From: Podarcis vaucheri
Taxonomy: Eukaryota
Direction: 5' to 3' (one strand)
Length of the DNA stretch: 64,000 nt
NCBI GenBank assembly: GCA_965113315.1
Contig: OZ220369.1
The notes below the pieces were generated by a model. The model made no database searches. It had not been told where the DNA came from and was given only the letters and a program-made list of their open reading frames with translations. A program made the translations under genes and the position numbers. This document shows, piece after piece, positions 30,838 to 45,024 of this stretch. Every line of letters begins with the position of its first letter. Positions within the stretch are counted from its first letter, which is position 1.

Positions 30838-33019
30838 TGTGCTTTCCATATGCACACGTGTGTGTGTGTGTGTGCAGAATTACACCCCTGCTGTGTTATT
30901 ATGCCGGTTGTTCCATGTCCAACTGGGGTGTTGCTTTTTCTGGGTCTAATCAGGCTCTGAATCTCACTACAACATTAAAAAAAAATATATCAAAAAAATC
31001 CTGGTCCTATGTTTCCCGACAGTTACGCATACAAGACATGTCTGGTTGGAGACTAGTGATGCCAATTAGAGATGAAAAGCAGTGACCTCTTAATAGGATC
31101 TGAGGCCACAGTCTATTTTACAAATAAAGTGGTGGGAAGCCTAAAAGGCAACCCAGCTTGAGACCACTGATGCTTCTCTCCGATCAGCCTTTCCTTTTTT
31201 TGAAGTTCAGCCACATAGGAACAGACAGAGGTCTGTTTGCACAGTGTTGGCGGCTATAGAGAGCCCGATATCAAAGCCAGAGATTTGATTTCCTTTCTTT
31301 GAATGTTTGAAATGGCAGGATTTATTCATTTAATATATTTTTTTGTAAAAGCTTGAATCACCTTCTATAGAGTTAAAGCCAGACTTTTTCTGCCTTAGTT
31401 TGACTCAGGGCTCCCAGGGTATGCTGGTTGGAAGCCATAGTGTATACTAGAAGGACAGGGTCATGTCCAGAACTGGAAAGTTATGCAAGATCACAACAGG
31501 CAAGGCCTTTCAGGACCTTGGACAGATCACTGTGGCCATACTGGCTCCAGCTCACCTAAGGAGAGCTGTTGCCATAGAAGCATGCTGAGTCCATCTGAAG
31601 GCAGGCTGGTCAAGCTGTTTACCCTACTTCGCCGAAGAGCTCCCTGTGTTTCTGCAATTACCGGGGTTTTTATGGAGTGGAGGCAGTGAGAACTGCATCT
31701 GGGGTATGTTCCAAATCTGAGGAGTCCAGCAAAGCCACATTCTAGGCTAGAGTGTGGGAGGAGGAATCTTCCCCTAAGCCAGGGGGATAGAGGCCAGATA
31801 ACATGACAAGGCTGCAACATGGTACTCGGTCCCTAGGGCCACCTATTTTACCTAGTTGCCAGAAGATGTGCAAGTATGAGTAATGCACTCCAAAGCCAAA
31901 CTGTACCCACATTTCACCTACAGCATCATCTGTGCCCCTCCTTTAGGATAATTGTAATGCAGGGAAAGGAAGAAGTCTGGTTGTGGGGATGCTAGAGCCG
32001 AAAAGTAGTGGAGCCCAGTGTGGTGAAGTTAGGTGAATCAGAGCCTCTCTCAGACTAACCTTATCTTACCAGATTATGCAATGGGAGACCTGAAAACCAC
32101 ATACGATGCCTTAAGATCCTTCGAGGAAATGTGGACTTTAATGTAATAAATTAATTAAAGCAGAGAATGACGCATGCACACCCAATGTCTTCAACCAGTA
32201 ATAGAAACGTGAAAGGGGAAGGACACCAAGCATCTGGAGAATGGTGAGACAGAGACCCCTCACAAAGAAGCCTTGCAATGTATCTTGGTGACAAAGTGCT
32301 GAGCTCACTTGCTGCCTTCTCTTCTGCCCTTTTTCTTGAGCACATGTACAGCCCAGCATCAACTAGTAGAATCTGGTCCACTAGGGAGAATGAGGTACTA
32401 TCCCACCACTCTCAAACTTCCCGCAGCCAGGCCCCACCTGCATGCCTTCTTACTTACAACTGGTCCAGGAATTGGCACTGCCTGCCAGCTTCCTCCTCCC
32501 TAGTCCCAGTCTTGTAGAACTCATTAGGGAGGAGGAGGAGGAGGATGGGGACAAACTAGAAGTAGCTGGCTCTACCTGTCCTTGGGTTGGCTACACCTGC
32601 TGTTGATCTCCCTCCCTTCTGCCCTAACTGTCCCAGTGGGCATCTACCACAATCGGCAACAAGGTTGGTCTACTGGTCATGGAGATATTCTTGGAGTTGG
32701 ATCTCAGTGGGAAGAGGAGTATTGAAAATTAAGAAACAAGTTACAACAACATTATTTCTCTTACTTCCCATGGATTTTCCCATGGAGTCCATCATCCAAG
32801 CTCAGAAGCAGGTTACTTTGGTTAGCATATTCAAGGCTTCTGAGATCTATTGTTATGTAAAATAATGCATGGGCTCTCTGTTCCCACAGGGATAACAAGA
32901 AGAAAAATAGAAAGACTAATAACTAGAAGAATCAAAACTGGCTTGTAGAAAGCCTAAAAAAAGTTCTTTCTGGACCCATTTTGATTGACCAAATCACACC
33001 TGATAGCAACATGATAAAT

Positions 33020-33156
33020 CAGGCTTCCTCAACCTCAGCCCTCCAGATGTTTTTGAGACTACAATTCCCATAATCCCTGGCCACTGGTCCTGCTAGCTAG
33101 GGATCATGGGAGTTGTAGGCCAAAAACATCTGGAGGGCCGAGGTTGAGGAAGCCTG
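33020..33156. mobile_element. Palindromic hAT MITE
   Basis: Long TIRs caggcttcctcaacctc / gaggttgaggaagcctg; 8-bp TSD tgataaat/tgatagat; degenerate relatives near 6016-6118, 19925-20020, 21965-22078, 29824-29952, 51237-51335, 61490-61530, 62120-62225. Confidence 0.85.
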
Positions 33157-35389
33157 TGATAGATGGTTTCTCCCCTTTCTATTAGACTAGGGACAACCAC
33201 AGTAGTATTCCGCAATTCCCATCAACTTCAGCTAACATAGCCAATGGTCAGTCATGATGGGAGTTGCAACTCATCAACATATGTGGGCACTACATTGACT
33301 ACCCCATCTTAGACAAATTAGGCCAGTTAGGTGGGAAAACTTCTTAGTAGCTCTTGATTAGTCACTGGTAAGGACAATAATCAGGATGCTCTGCCTTCCA
33401 GTAGGAATTTGGTTGGTTGGCAGAAAATAGCAAACAGATGCATGATCAATAAAGCCAAGTCATTGCAAGTTTCTGTTTGTGTTTATCAGTCACACTGTGG
33501 GGTAAGCTCAATTCAGGGTAAGTCTCCACACCGAAAGAATGCCTGTTCAGCTCACAGAGAATTACTGAGCAGAAATCTGGAAAGGAAAACACAAAGATGT
33601 CCCAAAGCAATTTCGGTCATGGAAGTATCATAAATCTATGTATTTATAACTATCCAAACCACAATCTATTTCTGCCATTGAGCCACCCAACACTCTCCTC
33701 AGCTTGGACTCTAGATAGAAAGCTGAGCTCCAATCTTCAGGGAAAGAGGTGAGGGGGAAGACCTTGTGCCAAGGTTTGTGAAACCCTGCCATTTCCTTTT
33801 TAGGAACCAGAATAGTCTACCTGCCCTTCCCCCAAGTCTCAACTGGATCATAAGAAGACCAAATGAATGCTTTGAGCATCAAATGCATAAAGCTCAGGGG
33901 TGGGCAAACTTCAGACTTATGGAATGTTCCTTTATTTCTTTAATAAGACCAACTAATCATAGCCTGGGACAAATGATACAGACTTAGACTTAAAGAGCAC
34001 TGAGCCCAGGAATTTATTTTGAGTACCAAAACAGAGCTCACCATCCTTCCACAAAAATGCCTACTCCTGCTTACTCCAAGCTTAATTTTAGCAGTATACC
34101 GTAATTAAAGCTGCTTTTGGTGAACAAATGGGAGTCAGAAATCATTGCTGATCTACTGGAAATCACTCAGAGATTTGGCGGTAGTCCCCAATCTAACTTC
34201 TTCTCATCCTTGTGATAGATGGTGTGGAGTCAAGATGGCACACATGTGTTCTTTCCCACATGGGGAAGAGTCTCTTTGCAAAGTTGACTAGTCCTTTCTG
34301 AAACCTCCCCTGCCTGCTCCCTCAAGAAGAGATGCAATCTGGGAAGGACTTCCCCACATTCCTATGCTATGTAAGTAGCCATGTGCATTTGCCAGGAAGG
34401 AAGGGAGATTCAAGAGAGGGAGAAAAAATAACTGCAAAGGGAGCGGTGTGGGGAGATGCCATAAGAACATAAGAAGAGCCCTGCTGGACCAGGCCACTTG
34501 CCTATCTAGCCCAACATCCTGTTCAGATGCTTGTGGGCAGCCCTCAGGCAGGACTCAAGCTCAAGAACATTCTCCCCTCCTGTGGTTTCCAGCAGCTGGC
34601 ACTGAGAAGCATTACTGCCTCTGGCTGTGAAACAGACCACCAAATTGTGTATCATCAAAAGTGCAGCGTGGTTGCCTATGATTTCTCTTGCCTTCTTCAA
34701 TAAACCTTTTCTGGTGGATGTCCCTAGATGACCATCTTCAATTCCAGTTTCAATGCACACCATGCCAGTCTGCGAACAGAATATCCTGTACATTCCTCCT
34801 TTTGATTGCAGCCACCCTGATGGGGCTGCACATGGGCACAGAGGGAACAGAGCTCTAATCCAATCACCATTTCAGTGTCATTAAAAGGCCGTTTCACAGC
34901 ATTTGCAATAAATACTCCAGCAAATAATAGACGCTTTAACACTCAAGGGGGAAATTTAACATAATCTGAAGAGAGGCAGCTTCAAAGCCTATGTGTCCCA
35001 TTATAAGAAAAATCAGAAAAACAGAGGGAAGAGAGAAGGCAGGAAGATGTGTGCAATACACTCTGGGCAGCTGCAATAGCTTAACTTGGTCAGTCTGACC
35101 TATTTAGCCTTTTCAGGACATTGGGCAGCATCTACAATCAGGGCTCATGGCAATTCAGTACCATGGACAGGGGGAATACTGCAACCAGTTCCTTTAATTA
35201 ATCAAAACCGCACACAACTTGTATGTAGCCCAGAGGACCCATTACTGGGCTTGTTTGTTTTTTGCCAATATCTCTCTACTAGGGCCAACTAAAATACCAT
35301 AAAGTATGAGCAAGATTTTGAGTTTTCTGGAACTCTTCTTCAGGCCGGAGATTAAGCAAAACATTAAGCCTAAAGAAGAATTGAGAACA

Positions 35390-36430
35390 TAAAAAGAGAC
35401 CCACAGTGACCAACCAGATGCCTGTGGGAAGCCCACAGTAGCACTCCCCAACTCATGACCCCCAGCAACTGATATTCAGAGGCATACTGAAGGCAATATA
35501 TATTGCCTTATCCTTTGTGATTTTGTCTAAACTTATTTAAGAACCATCCAAGATGACAGCCATCACTGCAACTTGTGGCCTGGATTCCATAGCTTAACTG
35601 GTGAAAGTACTTCTTTTTATCTGTCCCAAATCTCCCAACTTTCAGCTTCACTTCTTATATTTAAGGGGGGAAACTGCTTTCTTTCCACACTATGCGTATT
35701 GTTTACACCTCTGTCATATCCCTACTTTTTCCAAACTAAAAAGACTCAAATGTTGCAGAGGTGCTCCATCTCCTTGATCGTTGCCTGTTACCCTTTTCTG
35801 CTGGGCTTTTTGTGTATCACCTTACATTTGCTTGCATTGAACTTCACTTGCCATTTTAATGCCCATTCTCCCAGATTGAAGAGATCCTTTCAGAGCTCTT
35901 AGTTATCCTAACAACAACAACAACAACATTTTATTTATACCCCACCCTCCCCAGCCAAACTGGGCTCAGGGCGGCTAACATCAAAATATATAATACACTA
36001 AAACATAAAATCCAGAAATCAACTGAAATACAGCTTAAAATCAGATTAAAATCATTATAGTTTTATAGCCCTATATAATTTGGCATCATCAGCAAACTCA
36101 GCCACCTCACTGCTCATCCCTAACTCCAGATCATTTATGAAGGCAAAAAGCATGAATCCCAATGTAATGATGATAATAATAATTAATATTCCATTATGAT
36201 TACAAATTCTTCACCATAAGGTTCCACAGAAGGTTACAACATTAAAATACAATATTTAAAACCAGTTTAAACCAGCTTTCAATATAGATCATTGAGGGAC
36301 CCCACTTTCTTGTGAGAACTACCCATTTATTTTGACTTGCTGCTTTCAGCTATTTAACCAGTTATTGACCCATAAGATAACCCATCGTCTTATCCCAAAA
36401 CTGCTAAGCTTACTCAGGAGTGTCTGAAAA
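35390..36430 (-). mobile_element. Degraded longer CR1 fragment with internal insertion
   Basis: CR1 3'UTR motifs plus RT-derived blocks (ttggcatcatcagcaaac, cagatcatttatgaa, cttactcaggag). Confidence 0.65.
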
Positions 36431-38821
36431 ACTCAAACTTGCTTGCTCAGTACTTTGTGACATTTTAATTGGCCCTCATAAAGGGAATACATGACTGTAG
36501 ATTTTGGATTTCCCTCCAAAGTGATGTTTTCTTCCATGAGAATTATTTCTGTGTAGGAAGGTGTGTGTGTGTGTGTGTAGAAACACTATTTCTGGAAAAA
36601 TCCAGGAAGTATCTGCCAGGAGGAAGCTCAGTTGTTGCCAATTACTGTCCATAGCTAATGCTTGGAAAAGCCATGTGGGTTTTGTATTCTGACTACATTT
36701 CCCCACATGTATTAATGTGGCCGTATTATATGGCTTCTTGCAGAGGAATGTGAGCATTTGCCCTCAACAGTTTCCTGGATCCATGCTCTCCTTCACCACA
36801 TATTCTCTTTCCTTCTCTTTCATAAAGGGATAGAACACTATTCTCCCTTCTTCCATTTGTTACATACAATCATAAGTGGAGCCCTAACGGATCAGACTAA
36901 AAGTCCTTTTCATCCAGCATCCTCTTTTCCACATCTGGTGGCCAACCAGATGCCTCTAAGAAGCCCATAGACAGGGCATGAAAAGCAATTTTCCCATTGT
37001 TGCTCCCCAGCAACTGGTATTCAGTGGTATACTGCCTCTGAACATGGAGGTTCCATTTAGCTATCAGGGCTTACTAGGCTTTGATAAGACCTCTCCTCCT
37101 CCTCTTCCACTAATTTCTCAAATCCTCTTACAGCTCCCTGAACTAGCGGCCATCACAACACCTAATGACACCTGACAGCAGATCCTCTATATTAACCGCA
37201 CATTATTTTAGAAGGAAAATTTCTCCCAACTGATTATAGTTATGCTTCACTGGAGGTATTTAAGCAGAGGTTGGACAGGGCACCAGTCAGGGATGCTGTA
37301 GCTGCATCCTGCACTGAACAGTGGGGTGGACTAGAGGACCTTAAAGGTCCCTTCCATTCTGTGATACAGCCTTCCTTCAACTTGAACATATTTTTATTTC
37401 AGCAAGTAATGCAATGCAGTCATAGAAAGTAAAGTCACACATACACACTCTTAAGCTCCCTGCAAATCGGCCTTAGAGTTTGGACATTCAGTATCAGTGC
37501 AATTATCACTCGCCCCCACCTGACCGCCCCCCTTCCACACTCATCCACACCCACAAAAGAGACGGGCTTTCGTTACAAAAACAGCTCTATTCAACAGGGA
37601 CAAAGTGATTATTTCTGACTGTCGGGATAATTGCTCAAATTGTTCTAACAATAAATGGGGCTTGAAGTGAGATGCATTCATGCTGACAAGGATGAAGTTT
37701 GATGGGAAAACACCTGCTGCAGAGAAGAGCTCGCGTGAACCCGAGACTCCAGCAAAACTGCTGGAATCGGATATTTCCCTCCTCACTACACTGAACTGTT
37801 CAAGTGAGCTGTCTCTGCCATGATTTGCCAACTGCTGCTGGAAGCAGGCCTGGCTCCACAGGAGGCTGCTGGGTTCACCAGTGCATAGATGCCCCATTTT
37901 GACAATTGAGCAGCTCTGAGGATGCTTTTCACACTTATCGCCATGCATAGGCTAAGCCCCCAGATCTCTTAATAGGCAAATGTGCCAAGGAAAGACAAGC
38001 TGTCCACAAAGTAAGGGAAACTGGGAGGAAAAGAGGGTCACTCTATACCTAGAGAATGCAAAGACAGAGGGCAAACAAGTCCCTTCCAACTCTACAGTTC
38101 TATGGTTCTAAGTCTGAATAGCCACATTGGCTCCAGAAAATAGCAAACAGAGCACAAAGCAATGGTATAGTAGGATTGTTTGGACCAACTGGTGTTCACA
38201 GCACAGGGATCTCTGCACAACCGTAGCAGAAATGAGAACAGCACATGATGCCTTAAAGAGGAGAATAGCCAACAAGGCAAGGGCACTTTCAGAAGGTTGC
38301 TATTTTGGGGCAAATTCAGGTTGCACAATTGTTGTTGATTGTGCGATATGGAGCAACAAATTATCTTCCCCAAAAGTTCAGACTTTTTAAAATAAGGAAA
38401 GTGAGCGGGAAACGCACTGGAAGGTGTGGAGACACATTGCTTCAGTGCAACTTCATCTAACTTCCCCACAAGCCAATCAAGAGGCAGATCATCTGGAAGC
38501 ACCTGAGTTCACAAAAACAAAACCCTTACAAGCTCACCTAAGGCCCTTTGGCTTTGTGCATATGGATGCAGCCTCTGATCTAACAGTTACCCACCTAGCA
38601 TAAGATGCGGCTCGCAGTTGACCTGCACATTCCCATCTGCCCTGTGCAAATCTATACACATCCTTCTATCCTCTGAGCTCTCTCTACATTGGGGAAGAAG
38701 CTGAGCATTATTCCCATCAACCATTTTGCCCCAGCCACATGCCACCTCTCGTGGATCAATCTGCTACAGATTTCTTATTTATAGCTCCTGATTCATCTCC
38801 CTATAAAGAGGGATAATAGAC

Positions 38822-38835
38822 GTCGCCATAGTAAC
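38822..38835. promoter_or_regulatory. RFX X-box motif
   Basis: GTCGCCATAGTAAC fits the near-palindromic GTYNCY-AT-RGNAAC consensus, in non-repetitive DNA. Confidence 0.4.
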
Positions 38836-39430
38836 TCCTGTGCCTGATGAATTTCATGCTGGTGCCTGTCCCTCTGCTTGAAGCAGATGTTTCTTGAGCG
38901 AGGAGAAATTGGAGACTCCCTCAGAGACCTCCTTCACAGCAGAGTGGGCCACCCCACCAGCTAGCTCACTTTCCTCCTGCGGCTGCTCCAGTTCCATTGT
39001 TGCTCTTACTCAGTCCTGTGACCCAGCAAAGGTGCTTGTCTGTCTTCATTAGCCACTATTTCGCCCCACTACCACCATGCTGTGGATCTCTCCTCCTCCT
39101 CCTCCTCCTCCTCTCACCTGGATGGTGCTGTCCTTAAACAGAGCAACCTTGGGGAAGCCACTGGGTGTGGAACAAGAGCATATTCTGTATCTGTTGGTTG
39201 GTAGTTCTGTATTGCAAGCTCAATGATTCTGGGCCAAAGACCAGCCATATAGCTGCACATTTCTTCTCTTTCTGAAAGGCTGAATTGTACTTGTTATGTT
39301 GGTGTAGTGGTGAAAGTGTCAGACTAGGGCAAGGGAGGCCTGGGTTCACATTTGCACTTAAGCTATGCAGCTCACTGGATGACCTCAGTTACTATCTCAG
39401 CCCAGCCTGCTTCATGGTGTTGCTGTGAGG

Positions 39431-39433
<3 letters not shown>

Positions 39434-39463
<30 letters not shown>
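39434..39463. repeat. (AAT)n microsatellite
   Basis: Direct reading. Confidence 0.9.
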
Positions 39464-39464
<1 letters not shown>

Positions 39465-40143
39465 TTTTTAAAAAATTATTTATATCCCGCCCTCCCCAGC
39501 TGAAGCTGGGCTCAGAGCAGCTAACAACAGTAAAACAGTGGAGGAGGAAGGAAAAACAACTGGGAGCTCATTGGAAGACATGTGCCATAAAAATATCATA
39601 AATGTATTTGGGTATGTGCTTTTCTCTCCTTCTAGTTCCCCAATAATGAGCCTGGTAAAATCAATGAATGCTGTTTTTCTTGAGTCACATTATTACCTAT
39701 TTACACTTTTGCAACAATTACTCGTCAGTTCTCTTTCCTGTTCTGACCCACAGCATTTTCCTCCCTGAAGCAAAAGACAAGATGGCAGGCAACCCCCACC
39801 CCATCCCACTCCACTCACAGAAGATGACAGGAATGTCAGCTGAATCTTGCTTCAATACATCTCCCCAACACACCAGAAGGCAGCATGCCAGTTCAGGGGA
39901 TGCAAGCAGGGCACACGGCACACCCAGATCTATGTTCCAACAGAGGGGAAAGGCTGGGGGACTCAGGAGGAACAGCCGCTACCTCTCAGCACCTGCTGCC
40001 TGAAGCAATTGTCTAACTGTGCCCAATGGTAGGGATGGCCCTGTTTCTAATTGTGCAGATGCCTCAGCAGAGGAGGCCGGTTTTTCCTTTGAGCAGGGCA
40101 CAGGCTCGAGGTTTTAGAAAACCAGTAAGAAACACTGATAGAT

Positions 40144-40144
40144 A

Positions 40145-40207
<63 letters not shown>
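40144..40207. repeat. (AAAG)n tetranucleotide microsatellite
   Basis: Direct reading. Confidence 0.95.
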
Positions 40208-43200
40208 CTGGTTTTTTTTCACTCTGTGCCAAGCTAAGGTGAACATTTGCTCTCAGGGACATTCCCAGGGCTGCAGATGCTACAATCTGAGACCGCAGAG
40301 AGAGCAAGCTCACTAGACTAGCCAGACCACAGAATGAAACTTAGGCTGGGCAGGAAGCAGAGAGGAGAACCAAGGGCATCAGGAGGTCAGCCTAGGGCAG
40401 CCTTGGCAGCTCTGCACTGCGACAAACCTGCCTTGGCTTAACTCAGCTGGACCCAGGCTCATGTGGAGTGGGGGCAGCCAGGTACACTTGCCCTGGGTCT
40501 CAGAGGGCTAAGTTGGTTTAGGGGCCCCTGTCAGGGACCTGGTGTACTTAAGCTGTCATGCCAAGACTCTCACCCCGAGCAAGAACAAGACAAACTCTGC
40601 ACAGGCCTGGCTGGACTCAAACCTGCCCCCTAAGACTGCTCTCTGTGACCGAGTATGTGGATGTCATCAAATGGATTCAAGTGCTTAAGGGATGCCCCTT
40701 CACTATACTAAGGGTGATTCATTCAAGGAGGGCTGGCTCTTGACTGTTATATCAGATCAACTTTGATAGGTAGGAAGAGCCATCCACCTGTCAATCACCT
40801 CACATCAGAAGGACATTAGCTGAACCCTTGGAAAGGGACTTACCTTTAAAGTCCATTTGTAAGCAGTTTCAGTACAAATGGACATAAAACTGTGCCTTTA
40901 TCTGCCTCACACCTGGCAGGTGGGTGTGCTTAGGGAGAATGGCATCATGGGCCACATTGGGACCCTGTTGGGCCTGATTAAACCTGCTGGCTGAAAGTTC
41001 TCCACCCCTGGTTCTATGCACTGAGCTATGAGATCACCCACCACAGAAGTGAGCCCGCCCCAGAGAGCCAGGATGGGCACTGATAAAAGATTTTACTGAT
41101 ATAGGATTTTACTGATACAGAATACAAACAAACAGCAGACATAAAAAGTACAACAAACCCTCACAACCCATCCACTCTCATATGCCCCAGTGGTATTCTA
41201 CATGGGATAATGTTGTGTGTAAACTTCCACTAGAAACCGTTCCATATGCACCTTCCCAGCAATGGAAGATAACAAAGTGTTCATATAGCACAAGAGACGT
41301 ATTTGGCAGTTTGCCCCTGATTCCTGTTTCTTTAGCATAGGAAATGCATCGACACCAAAGACCATGGAGACTGCTCTGGTTTTTCAGTCCCTTTTAAGAC
41401 TTCTATGCCATGAGTTTTCCCAGCAAGAGCTAATCACCAAACATTTATGTACTCCATAAATCTGTAGGCAGCACTCCCCACTCAGCACCCGGCACCCTTT
41501 CTTGATCAATTTTATTACATTCTACAGTTTCTGTGTGTTTTCACATATGCTCTCCAAACTCACAGTTTGAATCTTTAGGCTAGATTTAAGGAGTTACAGC
41601 TAATGTTAAGAAACATTAAACATTTAAGGAAGTCTGTGTCAATTGATTCTGTTAATTGACATCTTTTAAAGAAACGTGATAATTCCCTTTTATTGAAATA
41701 AATTGGGAGTTTCTGACCCCATGAAAAGCTGGCTTCAGAACACACCCAGATCTCAAATTCAAAAGATTCTCAAAAGACTGTCATGTTTGCATGTGGGAAC
41801 CTCAGGTTTGGGTTGCAAGCTGCACAATTCAAACCAGCAGCATGAAAGCCGCCACCCCACCCCCACCCTGCTGCTGCCTACCTCTTGGAGTTCAGGCCAA
41901 GCCCTGGTTGGGGTTAAGTAGAAAATCGATGCTAGATGGATGTCTCCAGCTGAAGCTGCAGAAAAACTCTTTTCCAGACCCTGCACTTGACTCCAGGCTG
42001 AAGGGAATGTGTGGCAGCAAATGGGTGGCCAGGCAGGATGGCACAGGGCCAGATCCCTGGATCTCACGAGGCGTGGCTGACAGCAACCACCAGGGCTAGA
42101 GCATTGTCTTTGGCAACACTTGTCCTGCAGAATGCATTGCCCACGTGAGGCACACTGGACTCCGTCACTGTGGGTTGCATCAGACTAAGTTCCACTCAGG
42201 ATAGGCTCACTGGAATTTGGGGGTGGCTAATCCTATATGGGAGGCAGTGGAAGACAGGAGTGCCTGGTGTGCTCTGGTCCATGGGGACACGACTACACAA
42301 CAAATCCTATATGCTAGATGTTGGGTGCAGGGTATGGGGCAAAGTGCTTTGCAAGAGCAGACAATCAGTTGATTGAGACTTTACAAGTTCTACCAATCAG
42401 CTGGTTGTCCAGGCTTGCTTTATGTGGAGCTTTGCAGCAAGGCCTTGCAAACCACGGCACCCAGGACTTACCAAGCCCCAATGATCAGCTGACTGTTGAG
42501 GTTTCCAAAGTGCCATCCACATTGTTCTTCAATGCTGGTCCATAGCACTATGCAAAAATAGGTCACCCAACACCATTGTTTTGCCACTCATTTTTGCCTA
42601 GTGCTGTGTATCACTGTGATGTTGGGTGATTGCCATGTGGGCAGCCCCACCCACCTGCCCAACTTGGCCCATGAGGGCCAAGATAGATCCAATTCCACAC
42701 TTCTGCTCCACTGTTTCAAGTGACTGGTGAAGATGTGGCCTCTGGCCCCACCAACCACTGGCATGTGGCATTCAGAAGATTGCCCAGAAGGGAATGTGGC
42801 CCCCAGGCTGAAAAACACCCCCAACCCAGGAATTAAAGGCGTGCACTGGCTCTGCATGGAGCTGTTGTGCTTCCGCCCTCCAGGGATGCATTTTGATCTT
42901 GTCTCGCAGCCATTGATGCACATAGCCTCCCCAACAGCATCCGCTTTGGCAATGCACGGAGGTGACTGGAGGCGCATTGTGAGTCCAGCCACAGCACATG
43001 CCAGCCAGCTGCGAGCGGAGAGACACAAAACATTGCTAATTGCAGGGAGTGATTAAGGCGGGGAACGGAAATGATTGCAGGGTGCATGGGCAGCCATGTG
43101 CGCCCCCTTCCAGCAGCAAATGCCCACCCTTCCGAGACTCCAAAAAACTTCAGACCAATTCAATCACAGGGCTCTTCTATAGGGACCCAGACTCTTTTCT

Positions 43201-43458
43201 TCCTCTTTTCTTCGCTCTGTTATAGATTTCCGCAATCTGCTAGGAGCACAAACCACAGTTTTGCAAGTTACTCTGCCCAATATTAAACACTTTGCTGCTG
43301 GTTCTGGTGAGCACAACCAACAGGGGTGGCTGGTGCCCAGTGGGACTGATGGGGCAGAAGCAGGGAGTGCAGGCAGAGCCCACAGCAGACAGAGCCACCG
43401 CCTGGCTGGGTGTAAGTGAGAAGGCAGGCAGGTAGGCAGGGGCTGGCTGAGGATAGAC

Positions 43459-43853
43459 CAGGGGTCCCCAAACTAAGGCCCGCGGGCTGGATAAGGCCCA
43501 AGGGACTCGTTTATCCAGCCCATGGCGACCCCCACTGCCCGCTGCCGCAGCCCGCTCTTACCAGTACTGCGCTGCACAGCTGCCCACTTCCGGGTCAGAG
43601 GAGCACCGGAAATAGCTTGTGTGCATACACAAGTGTTATTTGCGCACGCACAAGTGTTATTTCCGGGGCACATCCGGGTCGGAGGAGGCCCGTGCACATG
43701 CACACAAGATATTTCCGGTGCTCCTCCGACCCGAAAGTGTGCTGGAAATAGCGTGTGCACACTCGTATGGGTATGCGCCTCCCGCCCTCCAGCCCGCTGC
43801 GCAATCAGCACTGGAGACACCGGTCCGAGGTGCGGTAAGTTTGCTGACCCCTG
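43459..43853. mobile_element. hAT (Charlie-like) non-autonomous element
   Basis: TIRs caggggtccccaaact / agtttgctgacccctg; 8-bp TSD ggatagac/ggttagac; CpG-rich. Confidence 0.85.
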
Positions 43854-44782
43854 GGTTAGACTGAGACCTGAGTGGTGTTGCTGCCACTCCTTGCATTGCT
43901 GCTATGGAGCTGGGATCCTGTGCAGGCAGAAGTCCAACCTACCCAGCTGGACAGAAGGATGCTGAGCTCTAGGCTGCTGGCAGGAGACGCTCCCTGGGGT
44001 GGCACAGAGCACTTTGCTTCAAGCACAACAAAGCAGGATGTTTAATTAAATCACTGGGATGAATCTTTAACGCCATTTGCACTTCACCATCATTTTTTAA
44101 TGCCGTCCCTGTCCTGGATGGTGGGTTAACAGTAGCAGGGGATTGTTGTGGGGCGGGACAGGGCTTCTTCATATGTCTACATGGACATACATGTGCTTTG
44201 CATGGATGTGAAAGACTGCAACACTTCAAGATGTGTGCAGAAGTCTTTGCATGCCCATGCTCAGGCCTGTATGCACATTGCAACAGGCTGCCCAGGGATG
44301 CTTTCTCCCTATAACCCTTCCCAGCCCCCTTGCCTTTCTCATTCCTCCTGCCCCACCCATTGCCAAAAGACTGGGATGAAGTTTCATTGCTGCTACCCAT
44401 TTCCTTAGTCAACACAGAGATACAGAGGCACCCTAAATAGTTCATCTCTGCACCTCCAAACAGGCTTTGGGCCATTGCAAGCCATGCCCCACCTGCACAA
44501 TGGGGAGACAAAGGATAACTTAAACTCTTGATGGGTGTTTCAAGACTTGTGATCTTGTGGGAGGGAATCAAGCACACAGCAGAAGTTTAGGTTTGCACAA
44601 TTAAAGTGGATTTGAGTGCTCTGTCATCTTCGTGCAACCATGCACTTTGGCATGTTTGAGGTTAGGAAAATGATGGGGAAATGCATTGAAAAGGGGGGGG
44701 GGTTGAATGAATGATTAATGGGAAGATGTGTAAACAACCAACAAGCAAAGCAGGACAAATGCTTATTGTCATATTATTAGTA

Positions 44783-45024
44783 CAGTGGTACCTTGGGTTA
44801 AGTACTTAATTCGTTCCGGAGGTCCGTTCTTAACCTGAAACTGTTCTTAACCTGAAGCACCACTTTAGCTAATGGGGCCTCCTGCTGCCGCCGTGCTGCT
44901 AGAGCACGATTTCTGTTCACATCCTGAAGCAAAGTTCTTAACCTGAAGCACTAATTCTGGGTTAGCAGAGTCTGCAACCTGAAGTGTCTGTAACCTGAAG
45001 CGTATGTAACCCAAGGTACCACTG
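44783..45024. mobile_element. Tc1/mariner-pogo (Tigger-like) MITE
   Basis: TIRs cagtggtaccttgggtta / taacccaaggtaccactg, TA target duplication, subterminal aacctgaa repeats. Confidence 0.9.

Noticed and set aside
39115-39135. REST/RE1 site (GGACAGCACC on - strand)
   Set aside because: Only a half-site; no full RE1 element was seen.
43969-44577. 202-aa ORF and the many other 60-180 aa ORFs outside the listed exons
   Set aside because: No domain motifs or consistent splice signals; many overlap repeats; expected by chance.
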